Below, in pieces: positions 20,156-30,292 of a DNA stretch of 64,000 bases (positions are counted from its first letter, which is position 1; each line of letters opens with the position of its first letter). Location: NCBI GenBank assembly GCA_965215335.1, contig CBDCDA010000001.1:96001-160000 (forward strand), written 5' to 3'. Origin of the DNA: an uncultured Candidatus Entotheonella sp. (lineage in GTDB: Bacteria > Tectomicrobia > Entotheonellia > Entotheonellales > Entotheonellaceae). The position numbers and the translations under genes were made by a program. A model generated the notes under the pieces. It was not told the DNA's origin. It ran no database searches and saw only the letters and a list, made by a program, of their open reading frames with translations.

Positions 20156-21214
20156 ATGAACGGTGCCGGACAGGAACAACAGATCCAGACAGTTTGCCTG
20201 CTGATCGTCAGTATGGTGGCGATTGCGGTAGCGTTCTACTGGCTGCGCGTCGTCATGGTCCCGTTCGTTTTTGCCGTTCTCATCGCCTTCTCTTTGATAC
20301 CCGTCATCGACTTGCTGATCCGTTACCTGCACTTGCCAAGATCCGTCGCGCTGCTTGCAACGTTGCTGGCAAGCTTCGTCATGCTGGGCGTTGTTGGTGG
20401 GCTGATTTCATCTTCCGTAGCACAATTGGCAGCGCGGGCGGACATCTACCAAGAGCAACTCGGCCAATTGCTGGATAGCGCCATGGCAGCCCTGCCGCTT
20501 GAAAGGTTCGGCGTGCAGGTCGAGCGTGGGTTCGAGTCGCTGTCGGACATTTCCCTCACCACCGTCAGCAGCATGCTGCTGACGGTGACCAAGGAACTCC
20601 TGAGCCTGGTGTCGAGTGGTCTGCTGGTGATGATTTTTGTCGCCTTCATGCTGGTCGGCAGCACAGGTCTGGAGATGGCCCGGGCGGGATTCTGGGGAGA
20701 AGTGCAGTCTCGCATCCAACGCTACATCATCATGAAGGCGCTGGTATCCGCCCTGACTGGCGTTCTCGTCGGGCTCACGCTGGTCCTTCTCGGGGTCGAC
20801 CTTGCACTTGTCTTCGGCGTCTTTGCTTTCCTGCTCAACTTTATTCCCAGTCTGGGGTCGATCGTAGCGACGCTTTTACCCCTGCCCGTGGTGCTGGTAA
20901 GCCCGGAACTCACGGCTACGGCCAGGGTGTTGGCCATCGTGTTGCCATTGGTGATCCAGTTCATCATGGGGAACATCGTGGACCCGAAACTCATGGGCAA
21001 GTCCCTTGACCTGCACCCTGTTACGCTACTCCTGTCCCTGATCGTCTGGGGCACGCTCTGGGGCATCGTCGGGATGTTTCTGGCGACACCCATAACTGCG
21101 ATTCTGAAAATTATTTTCGAACGGATAGAGGTCACGACGCCGTTTGCGGAACTGTTGGCGGGACGACTCAGGTCTTACATGGATTCAGGCCGTGAACCCG
21201 TCTTGAGAGAGTGA
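20156..21214 (+). CDS. AI-2E family transporter
   Basis: Multi-TM; LLNFIPSLGS, PKLMGKSLDLHP, WGIVGMFLATP. Confidence 0.9.
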   Translation: MNGAGQEQQIQTVCLLIVSMVAIAVAFYWLRVVMVPFVFAVLIAFSLIPVIDLLIRYLHLPRSVALLATLLASFVMLGVVGGLISSSVAQLAARADIYQEQLGQLLDSAMAALPLERFGVQVERGFESLSDISLTTVSSMLLTVTKELLSLVSSGLLVMIFVAFMLVGSTGLEMARAGFWGEVQSRIQRYIIMKALVSALTGVLVGLTLVLLGVDLALVFGVFAFLLNFIPSLGSIVATLLPLPVVLVSPELTATARVLAIVLPLVIQFIMGNIVDPKLMGKSLDLHPVTLLLSLIVWGTLWGIVGMFLATPITAILKIIFERIEVTTPFAELLAGRLRSYMDSGREPVLRE

Positions 21215-21225
21215 TGGAAACGTCT

Positions 21226-21954
21226 TCAGGACCCGGTTCCCTGTCTTGCCTCGGCTATTCGCACCAGGATGATGCTCACCTCGTACAGTGCGAGGAGCGG
21301 CAACAGCAGAGCGCTCATGGTGAAGGCGTCCGGGGTAGGGGTCAGAATAGCCGTGAGCACAGCACTGGCCAGCATTGCGTAGCGTCGGTTTCGGGTCAGG
21401 AATTCAGGCGAAAGCAGGCCCATCGTGTGCGAGATGACCACCACCAACGGCAGTTCAAAAATGCATCCGCAAGTAGCCGACAAGCCTAGCGTCAGCCAGA
21501 GATACCTGCTCACCGCGATGCCGGTGTCCAGATTCTCCCCGCCAAAGCCGAGCAGGAAGCGTAGTGTGACGGGCAGGACAACGAAGTAACAAAAGCTCGC
21601 TCCCACCAGGAAAAGCCCCCCGGCAGCCACCGTGCTGCGTCGTGTCATCGTGGCCGACAGGCCCATGGCGCGCAACATGCGACCCAGGGTGTACAGGAAA
21701 TACGGCGCCGACAGGCAGAAACCTGCCGCCAGAGCGACGGTGATGTGGCCCAGGAACCCCTCCATAGGGGCGTACATGACCAACTTCATGCCCAGCGGTC
21801 GGGCCAGCATACCGAGCAGGTACGAGGCGAAGGGGTAGGCCAGCAAGCTCGTGCCCAGGAACACCATGACAAGCCGGAACAGGGTCGAACGCACCTGTTG
21901 CAGGCGCGCCAACAATCCCGTCTCCAAGATGCGGGGTTCCGCAGGCGTTATCAT
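21226..21954 (-). CDS. tatC: Twin-arginine translocase subunit TatC
   Basis: PMEGF, FCYFVVLP, FELP, RRYA, AILTPTPD, LYEVSI. Confidence 0.9.
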   Translation of the reverse strand: MITPAEPRILETGLLARLQQVRSTLFRLVMVFLGTSLLAYPFASYLLGMLARPLGMKLVMYAPMEGFLGHITVALAAGFCLSAPYFLYTLGRMLRAMGLSATMTRRSTVAAGGLFLVGASFCYFVVLPVTLRFLLGFGGENLDTGIAVSRYLWLTLGLSATCGCIFELPLVVVISHTMGLLSPEFLTRNRRYAMLASAVLTAILTPTPDAFTMSALLLPLLALYEVSIILVRIAEARQGTGS

Positions 21955-22058
21955 CAGGATCGCCTTTCACCGTGATTGAACAGGGGCCGCCGTCAAATTT
22001 GGGGAGGGAGGAGAGGGGACGTCCTGCCGGCGTTCACAACCAGTGAAATGCGCAGGCT

Positions 22059-22499
22059 CTATTCCGCTGAAGGCGCGGCGCTTTCACCGTGATATGTCTC
22101 GAGTGTGTGCACGCTGTACTTGAAGCCTTCCCGGTAACAGCGCACGATCGCATCTTCGTTATGGTCGCCTTGGAAACGGTGGCAGTGGCGATATTGTCTG
22201 TGGAACTCCCGATCTCCGGTCAGCTCGGCAGCCAGCAGCGAGGCTTTGTCAAAACACGCGGCCATCGTTTCGGCTTCACCGGAAGCCGAACAACCTTCGA
22301 ACATGATCCAGCCAATGGACAGCCCGAGGACCAGCCTGCCGCTGTTGAGACAGCGGCTCTCCCGCTGCACGTTCTGGCAGATGGATTCCAGGAAACGCAC
22401 CTTGTCGGCTTCGGCAAGGGATTCCGCGGCGAGGGGAGAGGAGAGACAAAAGACCGCGAGGAGGGAAACGGCGAGCAGCCGGATTGACGTACGACGCAT
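22059..22499 (-). CDS. Hypothetical exported protein with six Cys in the mature part
   Basis: Sec-type signal MRRTSIRLLAVSLLAVFCLSSPLAA; co-oriented with the surrounding genes. Confidence 0.65.
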   Translation of the reverse strand: MRRTSIRLLAVSLLAVFCLSSPLAAESLAEADKVRFLESICQNVQRESRCLNSGRLVLGLSIGWIMFEGCSASGEAETMAACFDKASLLAAELTGDREFHRQYRHCHRFQGDHNEDAIVRCYREGFKYSVHTLETYHGESAAPSAE

Positions 22500-22547
22500 G
22501 CGATGACCTTGTCAGCTTCCTGCGAAGAACAAAGCACTGCAAACGAA

Positions 22548-22580
22548 TCCGGCGGCTGCTCCGCAGGAGCGGCCGCCGGA
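22548..22580. terminator. 15-bp GC-rich hairpin downstream of the iorB-like gene
   Basis: TCCGGCGGCTGCTCC-GCA-GGAGCGGCCGCCGGA. Confidence 0.55.
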
Positions 22581-22607
22581 CATCACGGTACGACCTTCAA
22601 CGCTGGC

Positions 22608-24836
22608 TTACGCCAGGCTGAAGCCGTGATTCTTCAGAGGCACGGAGCGGACACGCTTGCCCGTCGCAGCATACAGCGCGTTGATGAGCGCCGGCGTGAC
22701 CGTGTGGAACACCGGCTCCCCGATACCGGTCGGGGAATTGGTGTTCTTGACCGTGTGCACCTCGTACTCCGGCATCTGCGAAATGCGCAGCAAGCGATAG
22801 TTGTCGAAATTGCTCTCGACCAGCTTGGCATTCCTGACCGTGTGCTCGCTGTACATCGCCATGGTGAGACCCCAGACCAAGCCGCTCTGGCACTGCGCGT
22901 CGACCTGATCCGGGTTCACGACGATACCGCAATCAAGAGCACGGACAACCTTGTGGACCTTGATGCGACGCCCGCCGCGCACCGAAATCTCGATCACGTC
23001 CGCGAACGGCGTGTCGAAACTGTTGTGGAAGGCGATACCCTGGTAGTGGCCCTTCGGTAGCTCCTTACCCCATCCCGCCTTCTCGGCGGCCAGATCCAGG
23101 ACAGCCTGCATGCGCGGCTCCTTGTGGAGCAGCTCGTGCCGCAGCTGATAGGGATCCTTGCCAACCGCTTCGGCGACCTCATCGAGGAAGCACTCGATGA
23201 AGTAGCAGTTCATGGTGTTACCAACGCCACGCAGGAAGACGATGGGTACCGGGAAATCCTTCTGCACCCAGGAGACTTCCAGGTTGGCAAAGTCGTAGCC
23301 AATGTCCTTGCCGCCCTGGACGGCGTGGAAATCGACGCCGCTCTCGCGTTGGCCTTTCAGGAAGTCGGAATCGGCAAACAGGTCTTTCAGCCTGGAAGAA
23401 CGGTAAGGCGACAGCCAGATACCGGGGCCGACGTTGCGGTGCCGCCAGGCAACCGGCTTGCCGTCCGCATCGATACCGGCGGTCATCTTGGCCAGGTAGG
23501 CCGGGCGGTGGAAGTTATTCTGCATGTCTTCCTCGCGCGACCAGATGAGCTTGACCGGCTTCTTCAGCTTCATGGACGCCTCGACGGCCTGCTCGAGATA
23601 GTCCACTTCGACACGACGCCCGAAGCCGCCGCCCAGGAAGGTGACGTGAATCTTGATCTTGTCCTGCGGCAGTCCGGTGAGCTTTTCGGCCATGATATAG
23701 CCGCCGCCCGGGTCCTGCGTCGAAGCCCAGATTTCCAGGGAATCGCCACGATAGTCGGCCAGGCAGTTCATCGGCTCCATCGGCGAGTGGCTGAGATACG
23801 GCACTTCGTAGTGCGCTTCCACGACCTTGTCAGCCGTCGCGATGGCACCGTCGAAGTCGCCATCGACGCGACCCAAGGCACCCTTTTCCTCGGCACCCTC
23901 GACGAAAGCCTGATGAATCTGGTCGCTGTCGAGACCGGCCCAGCCATTGCCGTCGAAGGTCGGGTTGGCCGCCTTCAGGCCCTGCTCGGCCTGCCAGTAG
24001 GTGTCGGCCGTCACGATCAGGCAAGGCACGTTGTTCTCGGGATAAACGGCCTGCCCGACTTCGAGCACGTCGTGCACGCCGGGAACGGCCTTCGCCGCCG
24101 CCTCGTCATAGCTGGCGATCTTGGCGCCGAACGGGGCGTGACGGATCGCCGCCACGACCATGCCGGGGATCGCCACGTCCATGCCGTAAATCGCCTCGCC
24201 CGTCACCTTCAGCTTGCTGTCCAGGCGCTGGGTGGCAGTACCGATCAGACGGAACTGATCCGGCGTCTTCAGGGTCGGCTCTTCGGGCGGCGTCTCCTGG
24301 GCAGCGGCCGCTGCGAGTTCGCCGAACGTGGCCGACTTTTCCACGCCAGCGTCTTCTACGCCGGGTCCCTTGTAGGTCACCACGCTATTGCGGGCGACGC
24401 ACTTGGCAGGATCAACGCCCCACTGCTTGGCCGCAGCTTGGATCAGCATGTGACGGGTCTGCGCCCCGGCCTTGCGCATCACGTCCCAGAAACCAGGGGT
24501 GGCGGTGCTGCCACCGGTGATCTGAAGACCGGCCAGGGGGTTGATGTATTCAGGACGGCCAGAACCGAACTCGAAGTTCACCGGCCAGGCGCACTCCATT
24601 TCCTCGGCAAACATCATCAGGTTACCGTTGGTGGGGCCCTGACCCATTTCGCTCTGGCTGGCGCGCAGGGTAACCGTGTTGTCCGGGGCGACATGCACCC
24701 AGGCATTCAGTTCAGGCACGACACTTGCGGCCGCGGCGTAGCGCGAGGGCAGATGAAAGCCCACGACGAGGGCGCCGCCAACCGTCGCGACGGACTGAAT
24801 GAAGGTTCTGCGTTTCATTTCCATGGCTTGACTCAT
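22608..24836 (-). CDS. Xanthine oxidase-family molybdopterin subunit (isoquinoline 1-oxidoreductase beta/IorB-like), Tat signal
   Basis: KRRTFI, SEMGQG, TGGS, GGGFGRR, DCGIVVNPD, GIGEP. Confidence 0.9.
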   Translation of the reverse strand: MSQAMEMKRRTFIQSVATVGGALVVGFHLPSRYAAAASVVPELNAWVHVAPDNTVTLRASQSEMGQGPTNGNLMMFAEEMECAWPVNFEFGSGRPEYINPLAGLQITGGSTATPGFWDVMRKAGAQTRHMLIQAAAKQWGVDPAKCVARNSVVTYKGPGVEDAGVEKSATFGELAAAAAQETPPEEPTLKTPDQFRLIGTATQRLDSKLKVTGEAIYGMDVAIPGMVVAAIRHAPFGAKIASYDEAAAKAVPGVHDVLEVGQAVYPENNVPCLIVTADTYWQAEQGLKAANPTFDGNGWAGLDSDQIHQAFVEGAEEKGALGRVDGDFDGAIATADKVVEAHYEVPYLSHSPMEPMNCLADYRGDSLEIWASTQDPGGGYIMAEKLTGLPQDKIKIHVTFLGGGFGRRVEVDYLEQAVEASMKLKKPVKLIWSREEDMQNNFHRPAYLAKMTAGIDADGKPVAWRHRNVGPGIWLSPYRSSRLKDLFADSDFLKGQRESGVDFHAVQGGKDIGYDFANLEVSWVQKDFPVPIVFLRGVGNTMNCYFIECFLDEVAEAVGKDPYQLRHELLHKEPRMQAVLDLAAEKAGWGKELPKGHYQGIAFHNSFDTPFADVIEISVRGGRRIKVHKVVRALDCGIVVNPDQVDAQCQSGLVWGLTMAMYSEHTVRNAKLVESNFDNYRLLRISQMPEYEVHTVKNTNSPTGIGEPVFHTVTPALINALYAATGKRVRSVPLKNHGFSLA

Positions 24837-24854
24837 CTCGCAGTACTCCTTTTC

Positions 24855-25307
24855 TTAAGCCTTGGCGGCCCGGTGGATGGCGGAGCGGATGCGCGTGTAC
24901 GCGCCGCACCGGCACAATTGATCCTTCATCGCCAAGTCGATATCGCGATCCGTCGGCTCCGGGTTGGTCGCCAACAAGGAGGCCGCTGCCATGATCTGTC
25001 CAGGAATACACCAGCCGCACTGCGACGTGTTGTCGTCGATGAAGGCCTGCTGCACCGGATGGAGCCCGTTGGCACCGAGACCCTCGATCGTGACGATGTC
25101 CGCGTTCAGAGACTTGCCGACGGCCCTGTCGCAGGACTTCACCGGCTCGCCGTTCATGTGGATCGTGCAGGCACCGCACTCTCCAATACCACAGCCGTAT
25201 TTGCTTCCCGTCAACCCCATGTGCTCTCTGAGTATCCACAAGAGAGGGGTATCGGGATCCACATCCATCGTGCTGGTCTTCCCGTTTACCGTAAGCGTTA
25301 TGTTCAT
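24855..25307 (-). CDS. 2x[2Fe-2S] small subunit (IorA/CoxS-like)
   Basis: [11 protein letters not shown]...C; QCGWC...LCRC. Confidence 0.92.
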   Translation of the reverse strand: MNITLTVNGKTSTMDVDPDTPLLWILREHMGLTGSKYGCGIGECGACTIHMNGEPVKSCDRAVGKSLNADIVTIEGLGANGLHPVQQAFIDDNTSQCGWCIPGQIMAAASLLATNPEPTDRDIDLAMKDQLCRCGAYTRIRSAIHRAAKA

Positions 25308-25581
25308 AAACCTGACCTCTCCCTTTCTTGGCGCGCCAAGCGCGTTCGGCGAACCCCGCGCCGCCCTTGTCCCACTTCGGGTGAAACCCGGTCGGCGTCG
25401 AGCGCCACTCCCAACGACGTCACCTTGCAGGAACTGCGGAGTTCCCCTGTTACCTGACCTTACGGCTCAGTTTTTCAGTGACACCTCCGTATCGTGCCTA
25501 CCCTCAGCACGTTTGTCAAGGGGTTAACGCCACCCTCGCCCAGCACGAGGATTTCTCAACAGGCAAGGTCCCGATGCATGT

Positions 25582-27033
25582 TCAGAACATCTCGTTGTAG
25601 TGGACGCGCGCCCACTCGAGCATCGCCTCTCCCATCGCCTCACTACGCTCCATTTTCCGGTCGCGCCACGCGAACGCCGCACCCGTATGCGTCCAGAATG
25701 CAACCACCCGTTCCATGGCCATGGGTGTAATGCCGGCTTGCGGGGGAAGATATTTGAAGCCCAGGTAAATCGCTTCCATGGGGTCGGAGTTCACCATCGA
25801 GAAGCAACTGGTGTAGGGCGTCTCCCACTTGAGCTCCTGCCCTTTCATCCTTCCGGCAATGACTCTGGCGACGAATTTCGCCTCTTCCTGGGCCGTGCTA
25901 CCGCTCTTGGAGAAACCGGTCGGGCGCGAATCTCCGATGACGTACACGCGCTCATCACCCACCACGTTGCTGTGGAACTGGTCGATCCAAGCCTCTTTCT
26001 GCGGACTGTATTTGTTCACCAGGCCCAAGGTCTCGATCAGCCTGGCGCCTCGGATACGGGGATAGATGGCTGCGTCGTCGAAGGTGTAGTCGTCGAACTC
26101 GCCCATGATGGTCTTCTTCTCGACGTCCACACCGACGATGCTCACGGAAGGATAGTATTCCAGGTAGTCCCTATAAAGCTCATGGAAGGCTGCCTCAAAA
26201 CCTTCCCGTTTGATCTTGATCGTCGGGTTATGGTCCAGAAGGAGTACTTTCCCCTTGATCTTGTTTCTCTTGAAGACCGAAGCAATCATGCAGGCGCGCT
26301 CATATGGAGCGGGCAGGCAGCGATAATTGCCACTGGGCACCGTCAGCGCAAACAGACCGCCTTCAAAGTCGTCGATCTTGGCCTTCAGGGTCAAGTGCTC
26401 GGAACCGGGCTTGAAGGCCGCCGGGTAATGCGACATCAAGGCCTGCTGCTGCTCGAGGTCGTGGACCCCGATGGCATCGTAGTCGTAATCAATGCCGGGA
26501 GCCAGGACGAGATAGTCGTAATCAACATACCCCTGGTCCGTGTAGACGCGGCGTTTCTCGCGGTCCGCATCCATAACGGTCGCATTGAAGAAGGTGTAGT
26601 TGTTGTTCGTTGCCGCATCGAGGAAGCTGTGGGTAATAAATCCTTGATCGACCAGCCCTGCCAGCCACAAATTGCTGATCGGGCAAGAAATGAAGACGGA
26701 ATGGGTCTCGACAAGCACCACGTCCATTTCCGGGCTTTGCAGTTTGAGATGCTTGGCCATGGTGAGGCCGCCCCAACCGCCACCCACAACCACCGCTCGC
26801 GGTCCTTTCGGTGCAGGCAACGCTGCTTTTTTCTGGATGACGAACGTGGCCGGGTGCGGGGGCGGTCCTTTCTGCGCCCCGTGGTACGTCGGGTCCTGGG
26901 ACGGGGTGCCACGGTAGGATTCCGCTCCCTGGCTGATTTGCTCCGACCCACCAAGCATGCCGGCTGCTGCGACACCCGCAACCACGCCTTGCGACCGCCG
27001 CAAGAAATCGCGCCGTGAGATGTTCTCTCTCAT
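25582..27033 (-). CDS. fccB: Flavocytochrome c sulfide dehydrogenase flavoprotein (FccB/SoxF-like), Tat signal
   Basis: SRRDFL, VVVGGGWGG, SCPISN, YRCLPAPYERA, VYVIGD, KSGS, SCFS. Confidence 0.8.
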   Translation of the reverse strand: MRENISRRDFLRRSQGVVAGVAAAGMLGGSEQISQGAESYRGTPSQDPTYHGAQKGPPPHPATFVIQKKAALPAPKGPRAVVVGGGWGGLTMAKHLKLQSPEMDVVLVETHSVFISCPISNLWLAGLVDQGFITHSFLDAATNNNYTFFNATVMDADREKRRVYTDQGYVDYDYLVLAPGIDYDYDAIGVHDLEQQQALMSHYPAAFKPGSEHLTLKAKIDDFEGGLFALTVPSGNYRCLPAPYERACMIASVFKRNKIKGKVLLLDHNPTIKIKREGFEAAFHELYRDYLEYYPSVSIVGVDVEKKTIMGEFDDYTFDDAAIYPRIRGARLIETLGLVNKYSPQKEAWIDQFHSNVVGDERVYVIGDSRPTGFSKSGSTAQEEAKFVARVIAGRMKGQELKWETPYTSCFSMVNSDPMEAIYLGFKYLPPQAGITPMAMERVVAFWTHTGAAFAWRDRKMERSEAMGEAMLEWARVHYNEMF

Positions 27034-27075
27034 ACCCGCTTTCCTCTGTGAATTCCTCGCTGAAAGTGCAACCGC

Positions 27076-27789
27076 TCAACAAAAGAATTGACGTTTCGCA
27101 TAGTCCGACAGGCGCACCACAACAGCCTCGCCGGAGCTTTCCTGGCGAGCCAGGGCAGGACCAAATTCCTGCCTCAATTCCTTCCGATAGGCTTTGAAAT
27201 AAGCCTTGTAGACTTCCCCACCCCGGGTACCGACAGCATGGAGACCATCCGTCTCTTCGTCGTAGTCGAGTTCTATCGTCGTCAGAGGCTGGGGAGCCGG
27301 CCCACCCACTACTTTTCCGCCTTGTGCCGGGTCAAAAATGCTGCCGTGCAGGCAACACGTGATCCGGCCCGAGGCCTCGCCGGATTCAGCCCCTCCGGGG
27401 TCGTAATTGATAAAGCTCTTTCTCGGGGAAGGGCGTGTCACCTGATGCGTACAAATTGCCGCATAGGCAACAATGGAAGGGTCGAGGCCAACGCCCCCTG
27501 GGTCACCATGGGCCGATGCCAGACGCAAGCGGCCGTGCCGTGCGCCAAGGTTCAACAGGAAACACGGCGTGCTCACGTACGGATAAAAGAACAGGTAATT
27601 CTCGTCCTCCGCCAAGGCAGCCGTTTTCATTCCATTGCCCTGGGAATCAACCAGTTTGACACGTTGATAACGCTTCAGCGTTGCCGCCTGGCTGCCGCGA
27701 CCCGTAAAAGGGGTCATCCCCAAAGCAAGGATGCCTGCGGTCAGTCGAACGAAACGTCGTCTCTGCATGCCACTCTCTACGAAATGCAA
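27076..27789 (-). CDS. Rieske [2Fe-2S] protein, Tat signal
   Basis: RRRF, AICTHQ...CCLHGSIFD, GGPAPQPL. Confidence 0.88.
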   Translation of the reverse strand: MHFVESGMQRRRFVRLTAGILALGMTPFTGRGSQAATLKRYQRVKLVDSQGNGMKTAALAEDENYLFFYPYVSTPCFLLNLGARHGRLRLASAHGDPGGVGLDPSIVAYAAICTHQVTRPSPRKSFINYDPGGAESGEASGRITCCLHGSIFDPAQGGKVVGGPAPQPLTTIELDYDEETDGLHAVGTRGGEVYKAYFKAYRKELRQEFGPALARQESSGEAVVVRLSDYAKRQFFC

Positions 27790-27837
27790 CTGCCAGCAGG
27801 CGCCAGTGAACCGAAAGCCGCCGCCACCCGATGGATC

Positions 27838-28167
27838 CTAAACGCGAATATCCACCGTTTCGGTATATTCCTCGCCGCGCGTGTCCTTCCAAACCACCCG
27901 CAATGGGGCCGAATGTGTGGCCTTCAGAGCAAACGTGAAATAGGGATTCTGGCTCAGACCGGCAGACGCATCCACGGAGACAAGGCGCTGCTCGCCATAA
28001 TAAACTTCGATCAGACGTATGAAATGCCGGGCAACGTATCCTTTATCCTCATACTTGTGCCGGCCATTATGGTTCGGATGAATGATACGAGTCTTGACCT
28101 CAATCACGTCATCCTTGCCGTATGCATGACGGGGCAAGCGAACCGCGCGTCTACCTATCTTCAACAT
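27838..28167 (-). CDS. soxZ: Sulfur carrier SoxZ
   Basis: IIHPNHNG, HFI, LSQNPYFTF, WKD..G; follows soxY. Confidence 0.85.
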   Translation of the reverse strand: MLKIGRRAVRLPRHAYGKDDVIEVKTRIIHPNHNGRHKYEDKGYVARHFIRLIEVYYGEQRLVSVDASAGLSQNPYFTFALKATHSAPLRVVWKDTRGEEYTETVDIRV

Positions 28168-28208
28168 AAGCGCTCAGGGACCTTTCCATGTTCGGGTCGC
28201 CGATGCGG

Positions 28209-28697
28209 TCATCCACACCCGCCGACAAGTACTTCGACCTCGACTTCTTGTACGAACAGGTCGCCGTTATTCATTTCCGCAAGGGCCCGGACCCGGGAAT
28301 TGTCAGCCAACCGAATGTTCAATTTCCACCGCACCTGCCCGACGCCGGGGTGCAGGCTGGCCGAGAAAACCAGCGGCTCGGGATTCTGGTCAGCGATCAG
28401 ATACAGCTTTTGGACATGGTCCTGGTCTGTCATCGGACTTTCCACGTCCAGTTGCAGCGGCACCGTGCCCCCGTCCTCGGCATGCAGAGGCATGGTCAAC
28501 GTTACCCGTTCATGCCTGGGCGTTCTACCGGCCAGGATGGGGGTCAACCGTTCTTCGAGGGTATGGACCGGGGGAAGTTCAGAGGCGATCTCGAACTGCT
28601 GCTCTCCCTGCACACGTCGTCGAAAGAGCAGCAAGGTGGAAAGGGCGGTCAGTCTGCCTAATAAACTCCGTCGCGTCATAGCCTCACGCCAAATCAT
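28209..28697 (-). CDS. soxY: Sulfur carrier SoxY
   Basis: RRSLL Tat motif, AEDGGTVP, NPEP, C-terminal VGGCG swinging arm. Confidence 0.88.
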   Translation of the reverse strand: MIWREAMTRRSLLGRLTALSTLLLFRRRVQGEQQFEIASELPPVHTLEERLTPILAGRTPRHERVTLTMPLHAEDGGTVPLQLDVESPMTDQDHVQKLYLIADQNPEPLVFSASLHPGVGQVRWKLNIRLADNSRVRALAEMNNGDLFVQEVEVEVLVGGCG

Positions 28698-28763
28698 CAG
28701 AACGCCATCCTAATCGATCCGCATTCCGGGTCCGCATCCAGGGTCCGCGCGGACGCTCTCGCG

Positions 28764-29516
28764 TCACTCACGAGCCGTTGTCGGGCCGGCGAACGGTTGC
28801 AAGTTTTCCCGCACCTCGGGAGCCGGCACCGGAGTTTCAAGCGCAATTTGCGGACGATGAGCGTCATGACATTCCGTGCAGGTGCGCAGAACGCGGCTCC
28901 CCTGCCACATCCCGATTCGCAGGCCATGCACCCCGTACTCCCAGTCCTTGTGAGCCTTGAAATGGCATTCACCGCAGTGCAGGTATCCGTGGTCCATGTC
29001 AATACGCCTGCCATCCTTGGACGCCAGAAAGTCCATCCCTTTGCCGTCGTGACAGGCGGTGCACCAGAAACGATCATTGCCGTGATCGACAACCAGATCA
29101 GCGTGCTTCTTCTTCAGTTCCCGAGGCGTGTAGTCGATTTCCATTTTCTTGTGGCAGTCAGAACAGGGGAACATCGGGATATCTTCCCACTTGCGCATGG
29201 GAACCTGGAATTCAGGCGCCCCGTACATGCCGATGCCGAACCCTCGCTCCCCGACGATCGCCCAACCGCCTTTGTCGGCATCATAAGCTGTCTCTACCAA
29301 TTCTTCCTCTACACCGGTTGTATCCACGCTGTCCCAGACCTGAGCAGCCAAAGAGGTCGCTGCGGGCGAGTCGCCCGCAGCGACCGTCGGCGGCTCGCCG
29401 TCCTCGGCAAGTGCCGACAGCACCAGCGGCCCCAGATACCCAACCATGAGGCAAACGACACCGCCAAGAACGAATAACGCAGTCAGATACAACCGAGACA
29501 GGTGGCGGACATCCAT
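28764..29516 (-). CDS. Tetraheme c-type cytochrome with N-terminal membrane anchor/signal
   Basis: CSDCH, CTACH, CGECH, CTECH. Confidence 0.85.
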   Translation of the reverse strand: MDVRHLSRLYLTALFVLGGVVCLMVGYLGPLVLSALAEDGEPPTVAAGDSPAATSLAAQVWDSVDTTGVEEELVETAYDADKGGWAIVGERGFGIGMYGAPEFQVPMRKWEDIPMFPCSDCHKKMEIDYTPRELKKKHADLVVDHGNDRFWCTACHDGKGMDFLASKDGRRIDMDHGYLHCGECHFKAHKDWEYGVHGLRIGMWQGSRVLRTCTECHDAHRPQIALETPVPAPEVRENLQPFAGPTTARE

Positions 29517-29806
29517 GCAGCACTTCAGGTCGTGGGATTGTCATCGGTCCCTGGACAACTATCGGTCAAGGCAGCCGCCAGAGGTTTATCTACAGGGGGT
29601 CCGTAAGGCCCCGGCACTGTAATGGAACCCCCTTGCAAGCGCAAGGGAAAAACGCCAGAAGCCATCGCTGGTCAAAAACGTTCGACCCTGGTGCAGGTGC
29701 TTGCGAAAGCACCGGGCTGAACATAGCATTACACTTCTTCTGTCATCTGCTGTGGCTCGAAGTACCCAGCAACTGAAACCATCCCCATTACTCATAAGGT
29801 AACGCG

Positions 29807-30280
29807 ATGCGGCGAGTGCTTGATGGGTCCGTTTCTGTCGTCTCGGGCCTGATGATCAGTGCCCTTCTGGTGGCCTCGATGCCGTCGAAGATCGACCTCA
29901 TCGGGGAAGCGGAAGAGGTCTGGGCAATGGATTCCGCACCGCACACGGCACGGACCGATGCAGCGTCATCGGCTTCGGATCTGCGCATCGCCGGCAGTCT
30001 GGAGGGCGACCCCGAAGCCATCGCGCTCGGCAAGCGCACCTTCCACACCTACTGCTGGGGCTGCCACGGTCGAAACGGCACGGGCGAACGGTGCCCGGAT
30101 TTTACCGACAACAAGCAGATTCACGGTGACGGGTATGAGGACCTGGTCAGGGTGGTGACCAACGGCGTCAAGGGAACCCCCATGGGGCCGTGGGGTTACG
30201 CCCTGGGCAGGCAGAGGCTCTTGCAGGTGGTCGCCTATGTGTACAGCCTCAAAGGGACTCGAGAGGCGCGCCGGAAATGA
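29807..30280 (+). CDS. Monoheme class I cytochrome c
   Basis: CWGCHG, GTPMGPW distal Met, N-terminal hydrophobic stretch. Confidence 0.82.
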   Translation: MRRVLDGSVSVVSGLMISALLVASMPSKIDLIGEAEEVWAMDSAPHTARTDAASSASDLRIAGSLEGDPEAIALGKRTFHTYCWGCHGRNGTGERCPDFTDNKQIHGDGYEDLVRVVTNGVKGTPMGPWGYALGRQRLLQVVAYVYSLKGTREARRK

Positions 30281-30292
30281 GGACCCGGCGCC

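Noticed and set aside
23124..25457. Long antisense ORFs (e.g. 777 aa here, also 622-1959, 27088-28713, 42499-44088)
   Set aside because: Shadow frames of well-supported genes on the opposite strand, typical of high-GC DNA
25308..25490. Moco riboswitch in the long leader of the iorA-like gene
   Set aside because: Only fragmentary resemblance (CUCCG...GAAAGGGAG); the conserved helices could not be built by eye, so cmsearch would be needed
29622..29637. Sigma54 promoter TGGAACCCCCTTGCA
   Set aside because: GG-to-GC spacing is 9 nt rather than the required 10
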